Origin: Thermoplasmatota archaeon
Lineage (GTDB): Archaea > Thermoplasmatota > Penumbrarchaeia > Penumbrarchaeales > Penumbrarchaeaceae
Reading direction: 5' to 3'
Assembly: GCA_965234725.1 (NCBI GenBank)
Contig: CBDDUX010000010.1
Span: 1-64,000, forward strand
Length of the DNA: 64,000 nt
Shown here: positions 29,853-39,693 of the stretch, piece after piece
Numbering within the stretch: the first letter of the stretch is position 1
Layout of the letters: each line of letters starts with the position of its first letter
Program-made: the position numbers and the translations under genes
Notes under the pieces: model-generated
Seen by the model: the letters and a program-made list of their open reading frames with translations, nothing else
Told to the model about the DNA's origin: nothing
Database searches by the model: none

Positions 29853-31700
29853 TCAATTCGTGTCCTCTGCGTCCACATCGATATAGTCGTCGTCACCTTC
29901 CTTCTCGGACCCTGAGGACGGAGGTTCATCCGTATCGGTATCCATTGATGGGTCCGTGGACTTGGAGGCTTCCTTGTACATCTTGGTGAACAGTTCCTGG
30001 GAAGCTGTGGAAAGCTCTTCGGTCCGGGTTTTGATCTCATCGATATCATCGCCCTTGGCAAGCTCTTCCACCTCCTTCATCAGTTCCTCCACCTTCTTGA
30101 CATCGGCCTCATCCAGTTTGTCGCGGTTATCCTTGATCGCCCTCTCGGTTGTGAATACAAGGGATGTGGCATTGTTCTTTGCCTCTGCAGCTTCCAACTT
30201 CTTCTTGTCATCTTCAGCGAACTTGTCGGCATCGTCCATCATCTTCTCGATATCATCATCGGAAAGGGCCCCGGTTCCGGAAACAACTATGTCCTGGCTG
30301 TTTCCAGTGGCCAGGTCCTTTGCAGTGACATGTACGATACCATTGGCATCGATCTCGAATGTCACCTCTATCTGTGGTATTCCCCTCGGAGCAGGCGGTA
30401 TTCCGGTCAATGTGAACACGCCCAGGGTCTTATTATCGGCCGCCATGGCCCTCTCACCCTGAAGCACGTGGATCTCAACCTGTGGTTGATTGTCGGAGGC
30501 AGTTGAGAATGTCTTTGACTTCTTGGTCGGAATCGTGGTGTTCCTGTTGATTATCTTTGTGAGTACTCCCCCAAGTGTCTCTATTCCAAGGGACAGAGGT
30601 GTAACATCCAGAAGGACCATGTCCTTCCCAACCTCTCCGGACAGGACACCGGCCTGAATGGCGGCTCCGATGGCCACACACTCATCCGGATTGATGTTCT
30701 TGGTCGGATCCTTCTTTAGGAATTCCTTAATTTTGTTCTGGACGAGTGGGACCCTGGTTGATCCTCCAACCAGAAGGATCTTGTCCAGGTTGGAGGGTTC
30801 GAGCTTGGCGTCCCTCAGAGCTTGCTTCAAAGGACCCATTGTCTTGTCAACAAGTTCAGAGATCAGGGATTCGAACTTTGACCTTGACAGGTCCATCTCC
30901 AGATGCAGAGGACCGTCGTTCCCCTGAGTAATGAAAGGAAGGGATATCTGTGTCGTTGGAGTGCCGGATAGTTCGATCTTTGCCTTCTCTGCTGCATCCT
31001 TCAACCTCTGATATGCTTGTTTGTCCTTGAGTAGGTCGATGCCGTGCTCTTTCTTGAACTCCGAAGCGATCCATTCCAGGACTATCTTGTCGAAATCATC
31101 TCCTCCCAGGTGATTGTTACCTGAGGTGGACTTCACCTGGAACACACCTCCACCGATCTGAAGGATGGAAACATCGAAGGTGCCCCCTCCAAGATCGTAA
31201 ACAAGGATCGTCAGGTCATCTTCCTTATCGAGACCGTAGGCAAGTGCTGCCGCAGTAGGCTCGTTGATGATCCTCTTTACCTCAAGACCGGCGATCTTTC
31301 CCGCATCCTTTGTAGCCTGTCTTTGGGCATCCTCGAAATAGGCGGGAACAGTGATCACGGCCTCAGTTACCTTCTCTCCAAGGTATGCTTCGGCATCTTC
31401 CTTCATCTTCTGGAGGATCATCGCCGATATCTCCTGGGGGGAGTAGTTCTTTCCGGCCATCTTCACCTTGGTCTTCTTTCCCATCTTACGCTTGATGGAA
31501 GCTATCGTGTTATCAGGGTTGGCAACAGCCTGCCTTTTGGCAAGCTCACCGACCAACCGTTCTCCTTTCTTGGTAATTCCCACAATGGAAGGAGTAGTTC
31601 TCGCCCCTTCACGGTTAGGGATCACAACGGGCTGTCCGCCCTCCATTACTGCTACCACCGAATTGGTGGTTCCCAGATCTATACCTATGATCTTTCCCAT
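29853..31700 (-). CDS. dnaK: Molecular chaperone DnaK (Hsp70)
   Basis: [42 protein letters not shown]; short archaeal/Gram-positive-type N-domain. Confidence 0.98.
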   Translation of the reverse strand: MGKIIGIDLGTTNSVVAVMEGGQPVVIPNREGARTTPSIVGITKKGERLVGELAKRQAVANPDNTIASIKRKMGKKTKVKMAGKNYSPQEISAMILQKMKEDAEAYLGEKVTEAVITVPAYFEDAQRQATKDAGKIAGLEVKRIINEPTAAALAYGLDKEDDLTILVYDLGGGTFDVSILQIGGGVFQVKSTSGNNHLGGDDFDKIVLEWIASEFKKEHGIDLLKDKQAYQRLKDAAEKAKIELSGTPTTQISLPFITQGNDGPLHLEMDLSRSKFESLISELVDKTMGPLKQALRDAKLEPSNLDKILLVGGSTRVPLVQNKIKEFLKKDPTKNINPDECVAIGAAIQAGVLSGEVGKDMVLLDVTPLSLGIETLGGVLTKIINRNTTIPTKKSKTFSTASDNQPQVEIHVLQGERAMAADNKTLGVFTLTGIPPAPRGIPQIEVTFEIDANGIVHVTAKDLATGNSQDIVVSGTGALSDDDIEKMMDDADKFAEDDKKKLEAAEAKNNATSLVFTTERAIKDNRDKLDEADVKKVEELMKEVEELAKGDDIDEIKTRTEELSTASQELFTKMYKEASKSTDPSMDTDTDEPPSSGSEKEGDDDYIDVDAEDTN

Positions 31701-31710
31701 TCAAATCACC

Positions 31711-32619
31711 TCATTTCATTTTCGGATCGTTATTCTTTTCGGATCGTTTCCCACTGGCCTTACCTTCCTTCTTCTCACCCGATGAAGGGGGTCCTTCCTC
31801 GGAGGGAACATGAGGTCTTCTATTGACCTGGACCTGTGAGGGTCTGATCGCTTTCCCTTTGTACAAATATCCTCTTTTAAGCTCCTTCGCCACGATCTCA
31901 TCGGGGAGCTCCTTTTTCTCTACGAACGCTATGGCTTCATGGAAATTGGGATCGAACGTTTGGCCCTCAGCCGGTATTATCGTTATACCAATGTTCTTGA
32001 ACAGGTTGAGGACCTGATTCTCCACCATCTCCACACCCTTAAGCAGATTTGCAATGTTCTTATCCCCTTTGAGTGTGGATATCGATCCCTTTGCAAAGGA
32101 GAAGCTGTCCAGGACCTCAACCAGGCCCACAGCTATCTCCGATATCTTCCTATCAGCGATGGATTCCTTTTCAATATCATGACGCCTTCTGATGTTCTGA
32201 ACGTCCCTCTGGAGGAGATTGAAACGCTCTTCGATGGAACTCTTCTCCTCGATGACCCTTCCCAACTCCCCTCTTAGGAGTTCAAGTTCTTTTTCCAGAG
32301 ATCCCAATGATATGGAGAGCTCCTCTTCCGGCATGTCATCATCCGCCTTTGGAGCCTCTCCCCGTCTGTGGAGGTCAAGTTCCAGGACACCCTGGGAGAA
32401 GGTGACGGATATCCTCTCTGGGTCAGGTTCAAAGGGTATCACTTGAACAGTGGTGAACTTTCCCCTTTTCCCCTCTGCATCGAGCTTCAGTATATCTCCC
32501 GATACTCCCATTTTAATTGAATCCTGAGATACACCCGGAAGCTCAACCACCAGCCTTGCACCGTCATCTACCTCGATGACCTCCGTCACTGGTTCCCTTA
32601 CTTCATCACTACCGGCCAT
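31711..32619 (-). CDS. grpE: Hsp20 (alpha-crystallin domain)-GrpE fusion protein
   Basis: aa 1-86: REP.TEV.E...LVVELPGV....I....SGD.L...F.QGVLE (archaeal Hsp20); then coiled coil, EVLDSF, GVEMV, FDPNFHEAI, GYLYKGKAIRPSQV (GrpE). Confidence 0.88.
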   Translation of the reverse strand: MAGSDEVREPVTEVIEVDDGARLVVELPGVSQDSIKMGVSGDILKLDAEGKRGKFTTVQVIPFEPDPERISVTFSQGVLELDLHRRGEAPKADDDMPEEELSISLGSLEKELELLRGELGRVIEEKSSIEERFNLLQRDVQNIRRRHDIEKESIADRKISEIAVGLVEVLDSFSFAKGSISTLKGDKNIANLLKGVEMVENQVLNLFKNIGITIIPAEGQTFDPNFHEAIAFVEKKELPDEIVAKELKRGYLYKGKAIRPSQVQVNRRPHVPSEEGPPSSGEKKEGKASGKRSEKNNDPKMK

Positions 32620-32634
32620 TTACCATCACCTGTA

Positions 32635-32651
32635 TACAACTTCAAGTTGTA
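32635..32651. promoter_or_regulatory. Perfect 8-1-8 inverted repeat in the leader of the hsp20-grpE-dnaK-dnaJ operon (candidate heat-shock operator)
   Basis: TACAACTT-C-AAGTTGTA between the SD (GGTGATGG) and a TATA-like TTAAATATTTATA at about 32680-32692. Confidence 0.55.
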
Positions 32652-32752
32652 ATCCTGTGGAAAGCTAAAGACTAACCCCTATAAATATTTAACCCATTTT
32701 ACATCCTTTACGGATAGAAACGGATTTCAAGAGAGAGAGACTTATCCGAGAC

Positions 32753-32926
32753 ATGGACCTTCCGGCACCGATATACATCATCCTGCTGCTGGTCGTCATC
32801 ATCGGTCCTGTTTTGGCCAACGTCGCCTACAACGGTTGGAAGAAGGCCATGCTATCCCGAATATTCCTCCTGGTATCCGCTGCTGCGATGATCACACTGA
32901 TAATCATGGTGCTAACGGAGGTCTGA
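32753..32926 (+). CDS. Small (57 aa) two-TM membrane protein, not in the ORF track
   Basis: MDLPAPIYIILLLVVIIGPVLANVAYNGWKKAMLSRIFLLVSAAAMITLIIMVLTEV*; its last codons contain the GGAGGT SD of the next gene. Confidence 0.65.
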   Translation: MDLPAPIYIILLLVVIIGPVLANVAYNGWKKAMLSRIFLLVSAAAMITLIIMVLTEV

Positions 32927-32931
32927 TTGTT

Positions 32932-33363
32932 TTGGGTGAAACGGTTCTTACAACTCCGACCTTCAAGGGCCCAAATCCTGCATGGATCTATCCTGTCAGG
33001 TCCCCAGTTACATGGAGATACAGGGGAGATAGGATCATTCTTGAATATCCTAAGAACCTCAACAGGTTCGAGAAGGCAATAAAGAAGGTCTTAGGGGGAC
33101 CCGACAATATTATCAGACCGCTAGATGAGGTGGGAACGTTGCTATGGGAAATGAGTGATGGGGATCATTCGCTCCTTGAGTTGTTCATGGAAGAGCAGAA
33201 GCGATTTCGCGAGAGGGTGGAACCCGTTGACAAGGTCGTGGGAGGTCTGCTGGAGACAATGATCAAACTTGGTCTGATTAGGATCGAGTTCCATCCCGGT
33301 GGGAAGGGAGAAAAAAGGGAAGAAGGGACCGGCAAGAAATTGATTGTAAGAGGGAATGAGTGA
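32932..33363 (+). CDS. PqqD-family (RRE-like) protein
   Basis: LDEVGTLLWEMSDG.HSL.EL.....RF.E.VEP....V..LL..M...GLI; TTG at 32932 after GGAGGT (track start 32836). Confidence 0.75.
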   Translation: MGETVLTTPTFKGPNPAWIYPVRSPVTWRYRGDRIILEYPKNLNRFEKAIKKVLGGPDNIIRPLDEVGTLLWEMSDGDHSLLELFMEEQKRFRERVEPVDKVVGGLLETMIKLGLIRIEFHPGGKGEKREEGTGKKLIVRGNE

Positions 33364-33506
33364 CCGCCATGACCCAAGAATATCATTTATAGATTGATCA
33401 TGGCAACTAGTGTAAGAGCACTATGATAATGTTTTTAAGTAACAGGTCAATAACTGGCCATTGTATTAGAGGGTATATTGCCCTTTGATGTGGTCCCGGT
33501 GATAGA

Positions 33507-36500
33507 ATGAAGAAAGTATCCACGGTTCGGAGATCACTTATCCTTCTCCTTGCAGTATTGTTCTTGAGCACACCCTTTTTATCCGGAGGTGAAAGAACCC
33601 TGGCAGCCAAAGGAATACCAGTAGGTTTCCAGGGTGTTTCCTACCGCGATATGACATCGATCAACAAGGCTACCCTGATCGAACAGGACGGAGATGGAAT
33701 ACTGGATGACTTTGCCTATCTGGCAGAGGTACCAGCATCTGCCTTCAATTCAAAGGGCAGTGACAGGGTTTTCATGAATCCGGTCCTGTTCTACGAACCT
33801 CCTAAGGACACCTCCGATGCACAGAGGACCATGGACCCGTACCAGGGCATTGGATACCTCATGGAAGACATGGTAACGCTTTCTGGCGGAGAACTTGACA
33901 AGATAGAACTGGTAGGATTCAACGGTGAGACACCAGGTCAGGTCCAGAACGAATGGAAAGCTTCAAAGGTCAAGCATCTGGATGCGGGCGATCCATTCAC
34001 CCTCTCAGCCAAGATAGCATTGGAGAACTGGGAATCCTCGGAATCAGCGGTCATCGCAGTTGTGGACCCTGACCCCCAACCCTTCGAAGAGGTCTTTTCC
34101 GGAAAGATAACCGGAAGGACACCCGATTCAAGCCTGAAGACCGGTTCTGTAAGTGGGACAAGAGAGCCCTCCCCGGTCGACCCGAATACCCATCCTTTCG
34201 CAGTGGAGCCCGGTTACAAGTACATATCATCCCAACTTACCTGGGGTCAGAGTTGGAATCCTCTATCCAGCTTAACTGAAAGAGGAAAGGACCCGGATCT
34301 TCAGCTCTACGACATGGACCTTGGAATGGTCGGGGCCAGCGAGAAATGGAACGTGCTGGAGGGAGCATCAGAAGAGATCAGTTCATACATCTACAATGCT
34401 GGTGATTGGGAGTTTGCTGTCACCTATATGCCTACGGAGAATTCTCTTGTACACATGGATGAGGAATGGTCTTGGAACTCCTTACCATCACCTTCAGAGG
34501 TAACTCCCACTGAGAGGGAAGAGTGGAGAACCGATAGGATCAGGTCCGTTATGAATGATAGGCAGGACAGGGGATTGAACCCTGATGCACCCTTTGATTC
34601 TACGGTCGAGTATACCATCGACTACACCCTTTACCCCGGCATTGATGTGCTCGACCCGATCACGACCCCATTCTACTGCAGGGATGCAACCTTCACTTTG
34701 GAATGGACCGATAATTCTCAGGACCTTGGTCTGATATTGCGCGGACCATCGGGGGCAGAGATCGCCGTTGCAACCGGGACCGCATCCGGAACACGGCAGG
34801 TCTTGGAGATCCCGGAACTCGGACAGGGTGACTATCATGTTTCTGTCATCAATATAGGAGGGAGCTCATCCTCAACCGATTTCACGGTCTCATACGAGTT
34901 CAAGCAGCTCAAGAAGGAGTTCGAGGGAACCATGTGGGCTGGAGCGACCAACGGAGCTGTTATTGCCACTGCTGAGAACTCACCTCTTCTATTCACGGGA
35001 AAGGGGAGCCTGAACGAGGATGTGGCTGATGCGATCAATACACTTGGTGTCAACAAGGTCACTGTCGTGGACATAGACGGACACGCAGACAAGGGACTCT
35101 ACAAGGATATCAGGGACTTAAGGGGTATAATGCAGAGAATATTCGGGAACGGAATATCCGTTACCAGGATCGAGGACCTTGAAGGACTTTACGAAGCAGT
35201 GAAGGGGAACACTATGGTCGATGGTGTCCAGAACCGAGACATCGTCTTTACCACAATAAATCCATGGACCTCGTGGGAGGTCATCGAGGGAAGGGATACC
35301 ACTGGCAATCCGGGTCCTGAAATTCCCGGAGCTCTCTTCGTTGGCCCAGCGGCTCTGGCGGCTTCCGTCCATGGAGCACCTGTCTTCGTGACAGATGTCC
35401 ATTCTGAGCTTTCATGTGCCCAGGCATGGCACAATGAATTCTGGAAGTATGCATACCATAACAGCAGAGCTCCGCCTTCGGTAGCATGTATGGTCCTCAC
35501 CGCCAAAGAGGTCTACAAGAAGGTAATTGACAGGTATGGCTTCGATATCAAGACACCTGTGGATGATGAAGGGAAATGCAAGGAATCCATCATTACCGTG
35601 GCCGACCAGTTCGATATAGGTTCCTCTTGGGACCGTGGTTTTGTGGGTGGAGCCGACACCGGGAGGATAATGGGAACTCCTGTGGATACATCGGTCTGGA
35701 TATCAAGGTCTCTCCTGTATCCGAAACTCATCTTCGCCAATCCGGCTGTGGACCCTTCACTTGATGAATTTGATGGAATGAGGATACAGGGATCCGAATC
35801 CACAAGGACGGCGGGAGTCCTCACTGTCACCAAGGCGGAAAGAGAAGAGAAGGTCGATTTCCCGGTGGTACAGACCTGGGTTTCCTATCAGTACAAGTTC
35901 AATGAGCAGGCCAGCGAATACTGGGGCTGCCCTTACACTACAAGGACAGGCATTACACCCTTTTTCGATTCGTCATCGGCCGTTGATCCCGATGGGATAG
36001 ACCTAAACGGCAACTACCCGGATCTGGACACCTCCGAGATCATTCCGCACTACCTTGATAAATGCGGATATGGAAATGTTTACACCACCACCTTCGAGAA
36101 GACCACCGAGAACCTGAACCGAGGCAGCATTATGTGGCTGGAGGTCATGCACGGAGGACATACCAACTCAGGCGTGGTTGGCTGGTGGAACGAAGAGGGG
36201 GCCAGTGAAGCGAATCCATGGAGGGGTTACGAAGAAGCAGGGGTCCCCCTCGGAGGGACGAATTTGCTTAGATTGAGGGGCTCCACCGAGGATCCAGACG
36301 TGGTGACCATGTCCAAGCATGTTGGCCTGGATATAGTCCCAGGAACTGGATCTGGTCCGGGCGGGATCATCCCCGAAAGACATGATGGTGTCATTATCGC
36401 GATCTCTCAGCAGGGTCAAACTGAGTACACCGAGGACGGTCTTGTAATGGACGATGCGCTTGAGAACCTCCATTCCATGGGTTTCTCCGCAGGGTCCTGT

Positions 36501-36998
36501 CTGATCGCGAATACATATCTACATTTGATGTTGGTCAGGCACGGTTCGATCTTCCAGGTCATAGATCCATGGCTGACCTCATGGTATTCTGCTTTCGCCA
36601 TGGATATGTTCGTAAGGGACATCTATTATGGAAGGACCATCGGCGATGCTTATGAGAGGGGTATATCCCATGTTGGGATCGAATATATGATAGACGGATG
36701 GTGGTGGGATATCTTCGAGAACCTGGTCTACTATGGAGACCCGGACCTTCATGTATATTCCCCACAGAATTCATGGTCCCAACCCGAGCATCTGGAGAAG
36801 GGAGCCGTTATCGACGGCCACTCACCCTATGGCGCCGGAAGCCACCCCAATGCCATCGGCAGCGGACTTCTATGGGACATAGCGGCTCTTCTGACCATAA
36901 TAGGCCTCCTGTCAGTTGGTGCTTATGTTGCCTTTAAGTATAGGAGAGGGGAGACCATACCACTCCTGAACAAGTTCCTCAACAAGAAACAGGCATGA
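33507..36998 (+). CDS. Large secreted, C-terminally anchored protein with cell-wall-binding-2-like segments, PPC-like domains and a C25 (gingipain-like) peptidase-like domain
   Basis: Signal peptide; A.NGAVIA...NSPLLFT; DPDLQLYD / DLGLILRGPSG; MHGGH...AGSCL...GRTIGDAY...YYGDP; C-terminal TM plus basic tail. Confidence 0.65.
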   Translation: MKKVSTVRRSLILLLAVLFLSTPFLSGGERTLAAKGIPVGFQGVSYRDMTSINKATLIEQDGDGILDDFAYLAEVPASAFNSKGSDRVFMNPVLFYEPPKDTSDAQRTMDPYQGIGYLMEDMVTLSGGELDKIELVGFNGETPGQVQNEWKASKVKHLDAGDPFTLSAKIALENWESSESAVIAVVDPDPQPFEEVFSGKITGRTPDSSLKTGSVSGTREPSPVDPNTHPFAVEPGYKYISSQLTWGQSWNPLSSLTERGKDPDLQLYDMDLGMVGASEKWNVLEGASEEISSYIYNAGDWEFAVTYMPTENSLVHMDEEWSWNSLPSPSEVTPTEREEWRTDRIRSVMNDRQDRGLNPDAPFDSTVEYTIDYTLYPGIDVLDPITTPFYCRDATFTLEWTDNSQDLGLILRGPSGAEIAVATGTASGTRQVLEIPELGQGDYHVSVINIGGSSSSTDFTVSYEFKQLKKEFEGTMWAGATNGAVIATAENSPLLFTGKGSLNEDVADAINTLGVNKVTVVDIDGHADKGLYKDIRDLRGIMQRIFGNGISVTRIEDLEGLYEAVKGNTMVDGVQNRDIVFTTINPWTSWEVIEGRDTTGNPGPEIPGALFVGPAALAASVHGAPVFVTDVHSELSCAQAWHNEFWKYAYHNSRAPPSVACMVLTAKEVYKKVIDRYGFDIKTPVDDEGKCKESIITVADQFDIGSSWDRGFVGGADTGRIMGTPVDTSVWISRSLLYPKLIFANPAVDPSLDEFDGMRIQGSESTRTAGVLTVTKAEREEKVDFPVVQTWVSYQYKFNEQASEYWGCPYTTRTGITPFFDSSSAVDPDGIDLNGNYPDLDTSEIIPHYLDKCGYGNVYTTTFEKTTENLNRGSIMWLEVMHGGHTNSGVVGWWNEEGASEANPWRGYEEAGVPLGGTNLLRLRGSTEDPDVVTMSKHVGLDIVPGTGSGPGGIIPERHDGVIIAISQQGQTEYTEDGLVMDDALENLHSMGFSAGSCLIANTYLHLMLVRHGSIFQVIDPWLTSWYSAFAMDMFVRDIYYGRTIGDAYERGISHVGIEYMIDGWWWDIFENLVYYGDPDLHVYSPQNSWSQPEHLEKGAVIDGHSPYGAGSHPNAIGSGLLWDIAALLTIIGLLSVGAYVAFKYRRGETIPLLNKFLNKKQA

Positions 36999-37160
36999 AA
37001 GGACCCTTCATCTTGGTCGGGGCCGACCTTTGATGACTTCATCATGAAAGAATATAGGCCGGTCGAGACTCGTTTCAACAGGATCGAGAAGATTACATAT
37101 ATGTATGGAAAGATCGTATTCCAGGGTTGGAAGTATCTCCACCTGATGAGTGTGACCTAA

Positions 37161-37766
37161 ATGATAGTGACCAATCTGGACCATGTTCCCGGAAGGATAA
37201 TAAAAGATATATTGGGAATGGTCTCGGGTTACGCTTCGGGCCCCTCAGATGGGGGGGGAGATTCTGCGTTCAAACGACTTTATGGAACCGCTGAGAAGAA
37301 GCTCCTGGTAGCCTGTAATGATCTCGGTGCCGATGCTGTAATGGGAGTGGTTGCCAGTATCAACAGGGCTACCAGCGGTGATCTGGATATATTGTTGATC
37401 GGCACTGCGGTCTCACTTGACCATGTTGAAGATGAGGGAATGTCGATCACCATGGACGGAAAGGAATCGGAATGGTCCATTCCCCCAGCAAGCCCTTCGA
37501 ATGAGGTCGTGATGATGATCAGGGACCGGGAGAGGTCTGACCGTACCAAGGAGAAACAGAGGAAGGACATCTACGACCTTGCAGATGATATTGGGATCTC
37601 CTATGACAGGGCAAAGCTTCTAATGGACCATGGTTACAAGGACCTGGAGGATATTTCTGAAACATCATCTCGGGATCTGGCCTCCATCGAGGGCATCAAC
37701 CCTACACAGGCAAGGATCCTAAAAAAGAGAGCAAGGGAGATATTGGACACTGAAAGGGGGTTGTGA
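37161..37766 (+). CDS. YbjQ/UPF0145-like domain fused to a C-terminal helix-hairpin-helix module
   Basis: MIVTNLDHVPG..I..ILGMV, LGADAVMGV, IGTAV; RAKLLMDHGY..LEDI...LASIEGI.P.QA. Confidence 0.75.
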   Translation: MIVTNLDHVPGRIIKDILGMVSGYASGPSDGGGDSAFKRLYGTAEKKLLVACNDLGADAVMGVVASINRATSGDLDILLIGTAVSLDHVEDEGMSITMDGKESEWSIPPASPSNEVVMMIRDRERSDRTKEKQRKDIYDLADDIGISYDRAKLLMDHGYKDLEDISETSSRDLASIEGINPTQARILKKRAREILDTERGL

Positions 37767-38690
37767 ATGGAGGTCATCCAGACGGTTTTCACCGGAAAGG
37801 TGGTGATCGTTTCACTTGTTCTCCTTGCGGGTTCTATTATGGATGTCAGGACAAGAAGGATATCGGACAGGACCTGGATGGTCCTGCTTGCCGCATGCAT
37901 GCCCCTTTTAGCCTGGGAAATGTGGTTGAAGGGAGCTGACTCCTCTCCTATCACCCTCCTCTCGTTACTTCTACCCATGGGAGGGATGCTTTTCGTTCTC
38001 TTCGGATATCCTGAAGTAAGAAAGGCAATTAAGGGAAGCTGGGTCGATCTCTCCTTCTTGATAATTTACATCATCTGCCTGGCAGGTCCGGCGGCAGCCT
38101 TCCTTCTTGGGGACAGGACCCTTTCCATACCGATCGGTGTGGCCTTCATTTTCATGCTCATTTACATCGCTCTCTACCACATACCCATCGGTGGTACGAG
38201 GATAATCCATGGGGGAGCGGATGCAAAGTGTTTGATAGCATTGGCCGCTGTGTTCCCATGGTATGTGGAGGGACTCTTCTACTCCAGAGGGACATTCTAT
38301 GGGATCTTGGCAGATTTCCCATCATTTCAGTATGTTTTTCCGATCCACCTTTCCGTCCTTTTCAATGGAGCTGTTATCAGTGTTGTAGTCCTCTTCCTGT
38401 TCCTTCCGACATATAATATCATCAAAGGAGACTTCTTGTTCCCTAGAATGTTCACCTCATACAGGACAGAGGTGGAAGGGATCACCAAGAAGCATGTATG
38501 GGTGATCCTCGAACATAGAAAGAAAAAGAAGGTGGACCCCACCGAAAGGCTCGAAAGGACCTTGAAGAAAAGAGGGATGGAGAAGGTCTGGGTGACCCCA
38601 AAGATACCTTTTATCCTCTATCTATTCCTTGGATTCCTTGTGCAAATGTATGTTGGAAATATCGTTGCCGTGTTGTTCCTGCAATTCTAA
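37767..38690 (+). CDS. A24-family prepilin/preflagellin peptidase (FlaK/PibD-like)
   Basis: SIMDVRTRRISD, GGADAKCL, C-terminal KVWVTPKIPF; multi-TM. Confidence 0.88.
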   Translation: MEVIQTVFTGKVVIVSLVLLAGSIMDVRTRRISDRTWMVLLAACMPLLAWEMWLKGADSSPITLLSLLLPMGGMLFVLFGYPEVRKAIKGSWVDLSFLIIYIICLAGPAAAFLLGDRTLSIPIGVAFIFMLIYIALYHIPIGGTRIIHGGADAKCLIALAAVFPWYVEGLFYSRGTFYGILADFPSFQYVFPIHLSVLFNGAVISVVVLFLFLPTYNIIKGDFLFPRMFTSYRTEVEGITKKHVWVILEHRKKKKVDPTERLERTLKKRGMEKVWVTPKIPFILYLFLGFLVQMYVGNIVAVLFLQF

Positions 38691-38714
38691 TAACATTGGG
38701 GGAACATTGATGGA

Positions 38715-39152
38715 TCAGATCACTCCGGTCTTGTGAAGGGCTTCATGGTAGTCCTTTGGGGAGAAATAACCAAGGAATACACCATTTTCGTCCTTTACGA
38801 CCACTGCATAAGGAGCGTATTTCGATATCTTAAGCAGGACCTCGGATATCGGATCGTTGACACCGATCTCCATGATGTTCGTGTTCATGATATCCCCTCC
38901 AGTGGCTGAGAGGAGGTCCACCTCTTTCACTATGGCCACCAGGAACTCCCTCGCCGTCACGGCTCCTATGGGTACCTTGCTATCGTTGAGAAGGAAAATT
39001 GCACCCCTAGGGACTTCCATGAGCTTCTTTGCAAGGTCCTTGCAGGACATCTCTTTATCCACTGAGATGAACTCATCGGTTATTGTGAAGTCCTTGATGG
39101 ACATCTTTTCCATACCCTCGACGTTCATATTCCCTTTCTCTTCAATATCCAT
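38715..39152 (-). CDS. CBS-domain pair protein
   Basis: IKDF....ISVD...PIGAVT.RE; GDIM.TN...VVVKDENGVFLG. Confidence 0.75.
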   Translation of the reverse strand: MDIEEKGNMNVEGMEKMSIKDFTITDEFISVDKEMSCKDLAKKLMEVPRGAIFLLNDSKVPIGAVTAREFLVAIVKEVDLLSATGGDIMNTNIMEIGVNDPISEVLLKISKYAPYAVVVKDENGVFLGYFSPKDYHEALHKTGVI

Positions 39153-39297
39153 CGAAACTCCCTCTGAGTTGGATAAGCATCATTTGATATAAAGATTTGA
39201 GCGATGACATTAATGCGTAAGGTGTAGATCATCAACATTTTCAAGGGCAATATCCAGCACCAAAAACTAAATAGAAAGGATATCCTTCCCGGATTTC

Positions 39298-39615
39298 GCC
39301 AGGCTTGGTCGGGGAGTTAGGCCCTCCCTCTTGTGAAAACATGCCGCAGTACGGTCTACAGCGGGATGACAGGCTGGGGCGGCGCAACCAGTACACCATC
39401 GGTCCGAGGAGCGACGATGAAGTAACGTCCTACGGGGTTGGAAGTGGTATCAGGAATGGCCGGAGGGTCGTTCCGATATCTTGACTACGGAAACCGGGTC
39501 AGGTCCGGAAGGGAGCAGCCTAACCGTAGATTCCCAACGCTCGTTGGGAGCCGGGACGGAGGAGCACCGAGGAGCTACCGGTGACGGACAAGGGCGTCCA
39601 CCCAGCTGGCCTGGC
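39298..39615 (+). ncRNA. ffs: Archaeal signal recognition particle (7S) RNA
   Basis: 5' GCCAGGC pairs with 3' GCCTGGC; helix 8 GTCAGGTCC-GGAA-GGGAGCAGC; helix 6 GAATGGCC-GGAG-GGTCGTTC; Alu loop-loop TAGGCC/GGTCTA; AT-rich promoter-like box upstream and T-run downstream. Confidence 0.93.
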
Positions 39616-39693
39616 ATTCCTTTTCTTATACTCACTACCGAAATAAAATGTCAAATAGTGAGGGTTTTATCGTTTGCCTCCTTTATGTGAAAG

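Noticed and set aside
32730-32740. (GA)5 run as a phase-variable repeat
   Set aside because: Too short and intergenic; could arise by chance
39450-39690. ORFs 39450-39635 and 39481-39690
   Set aside because: They overlap the SRP RNA and are not protein-like
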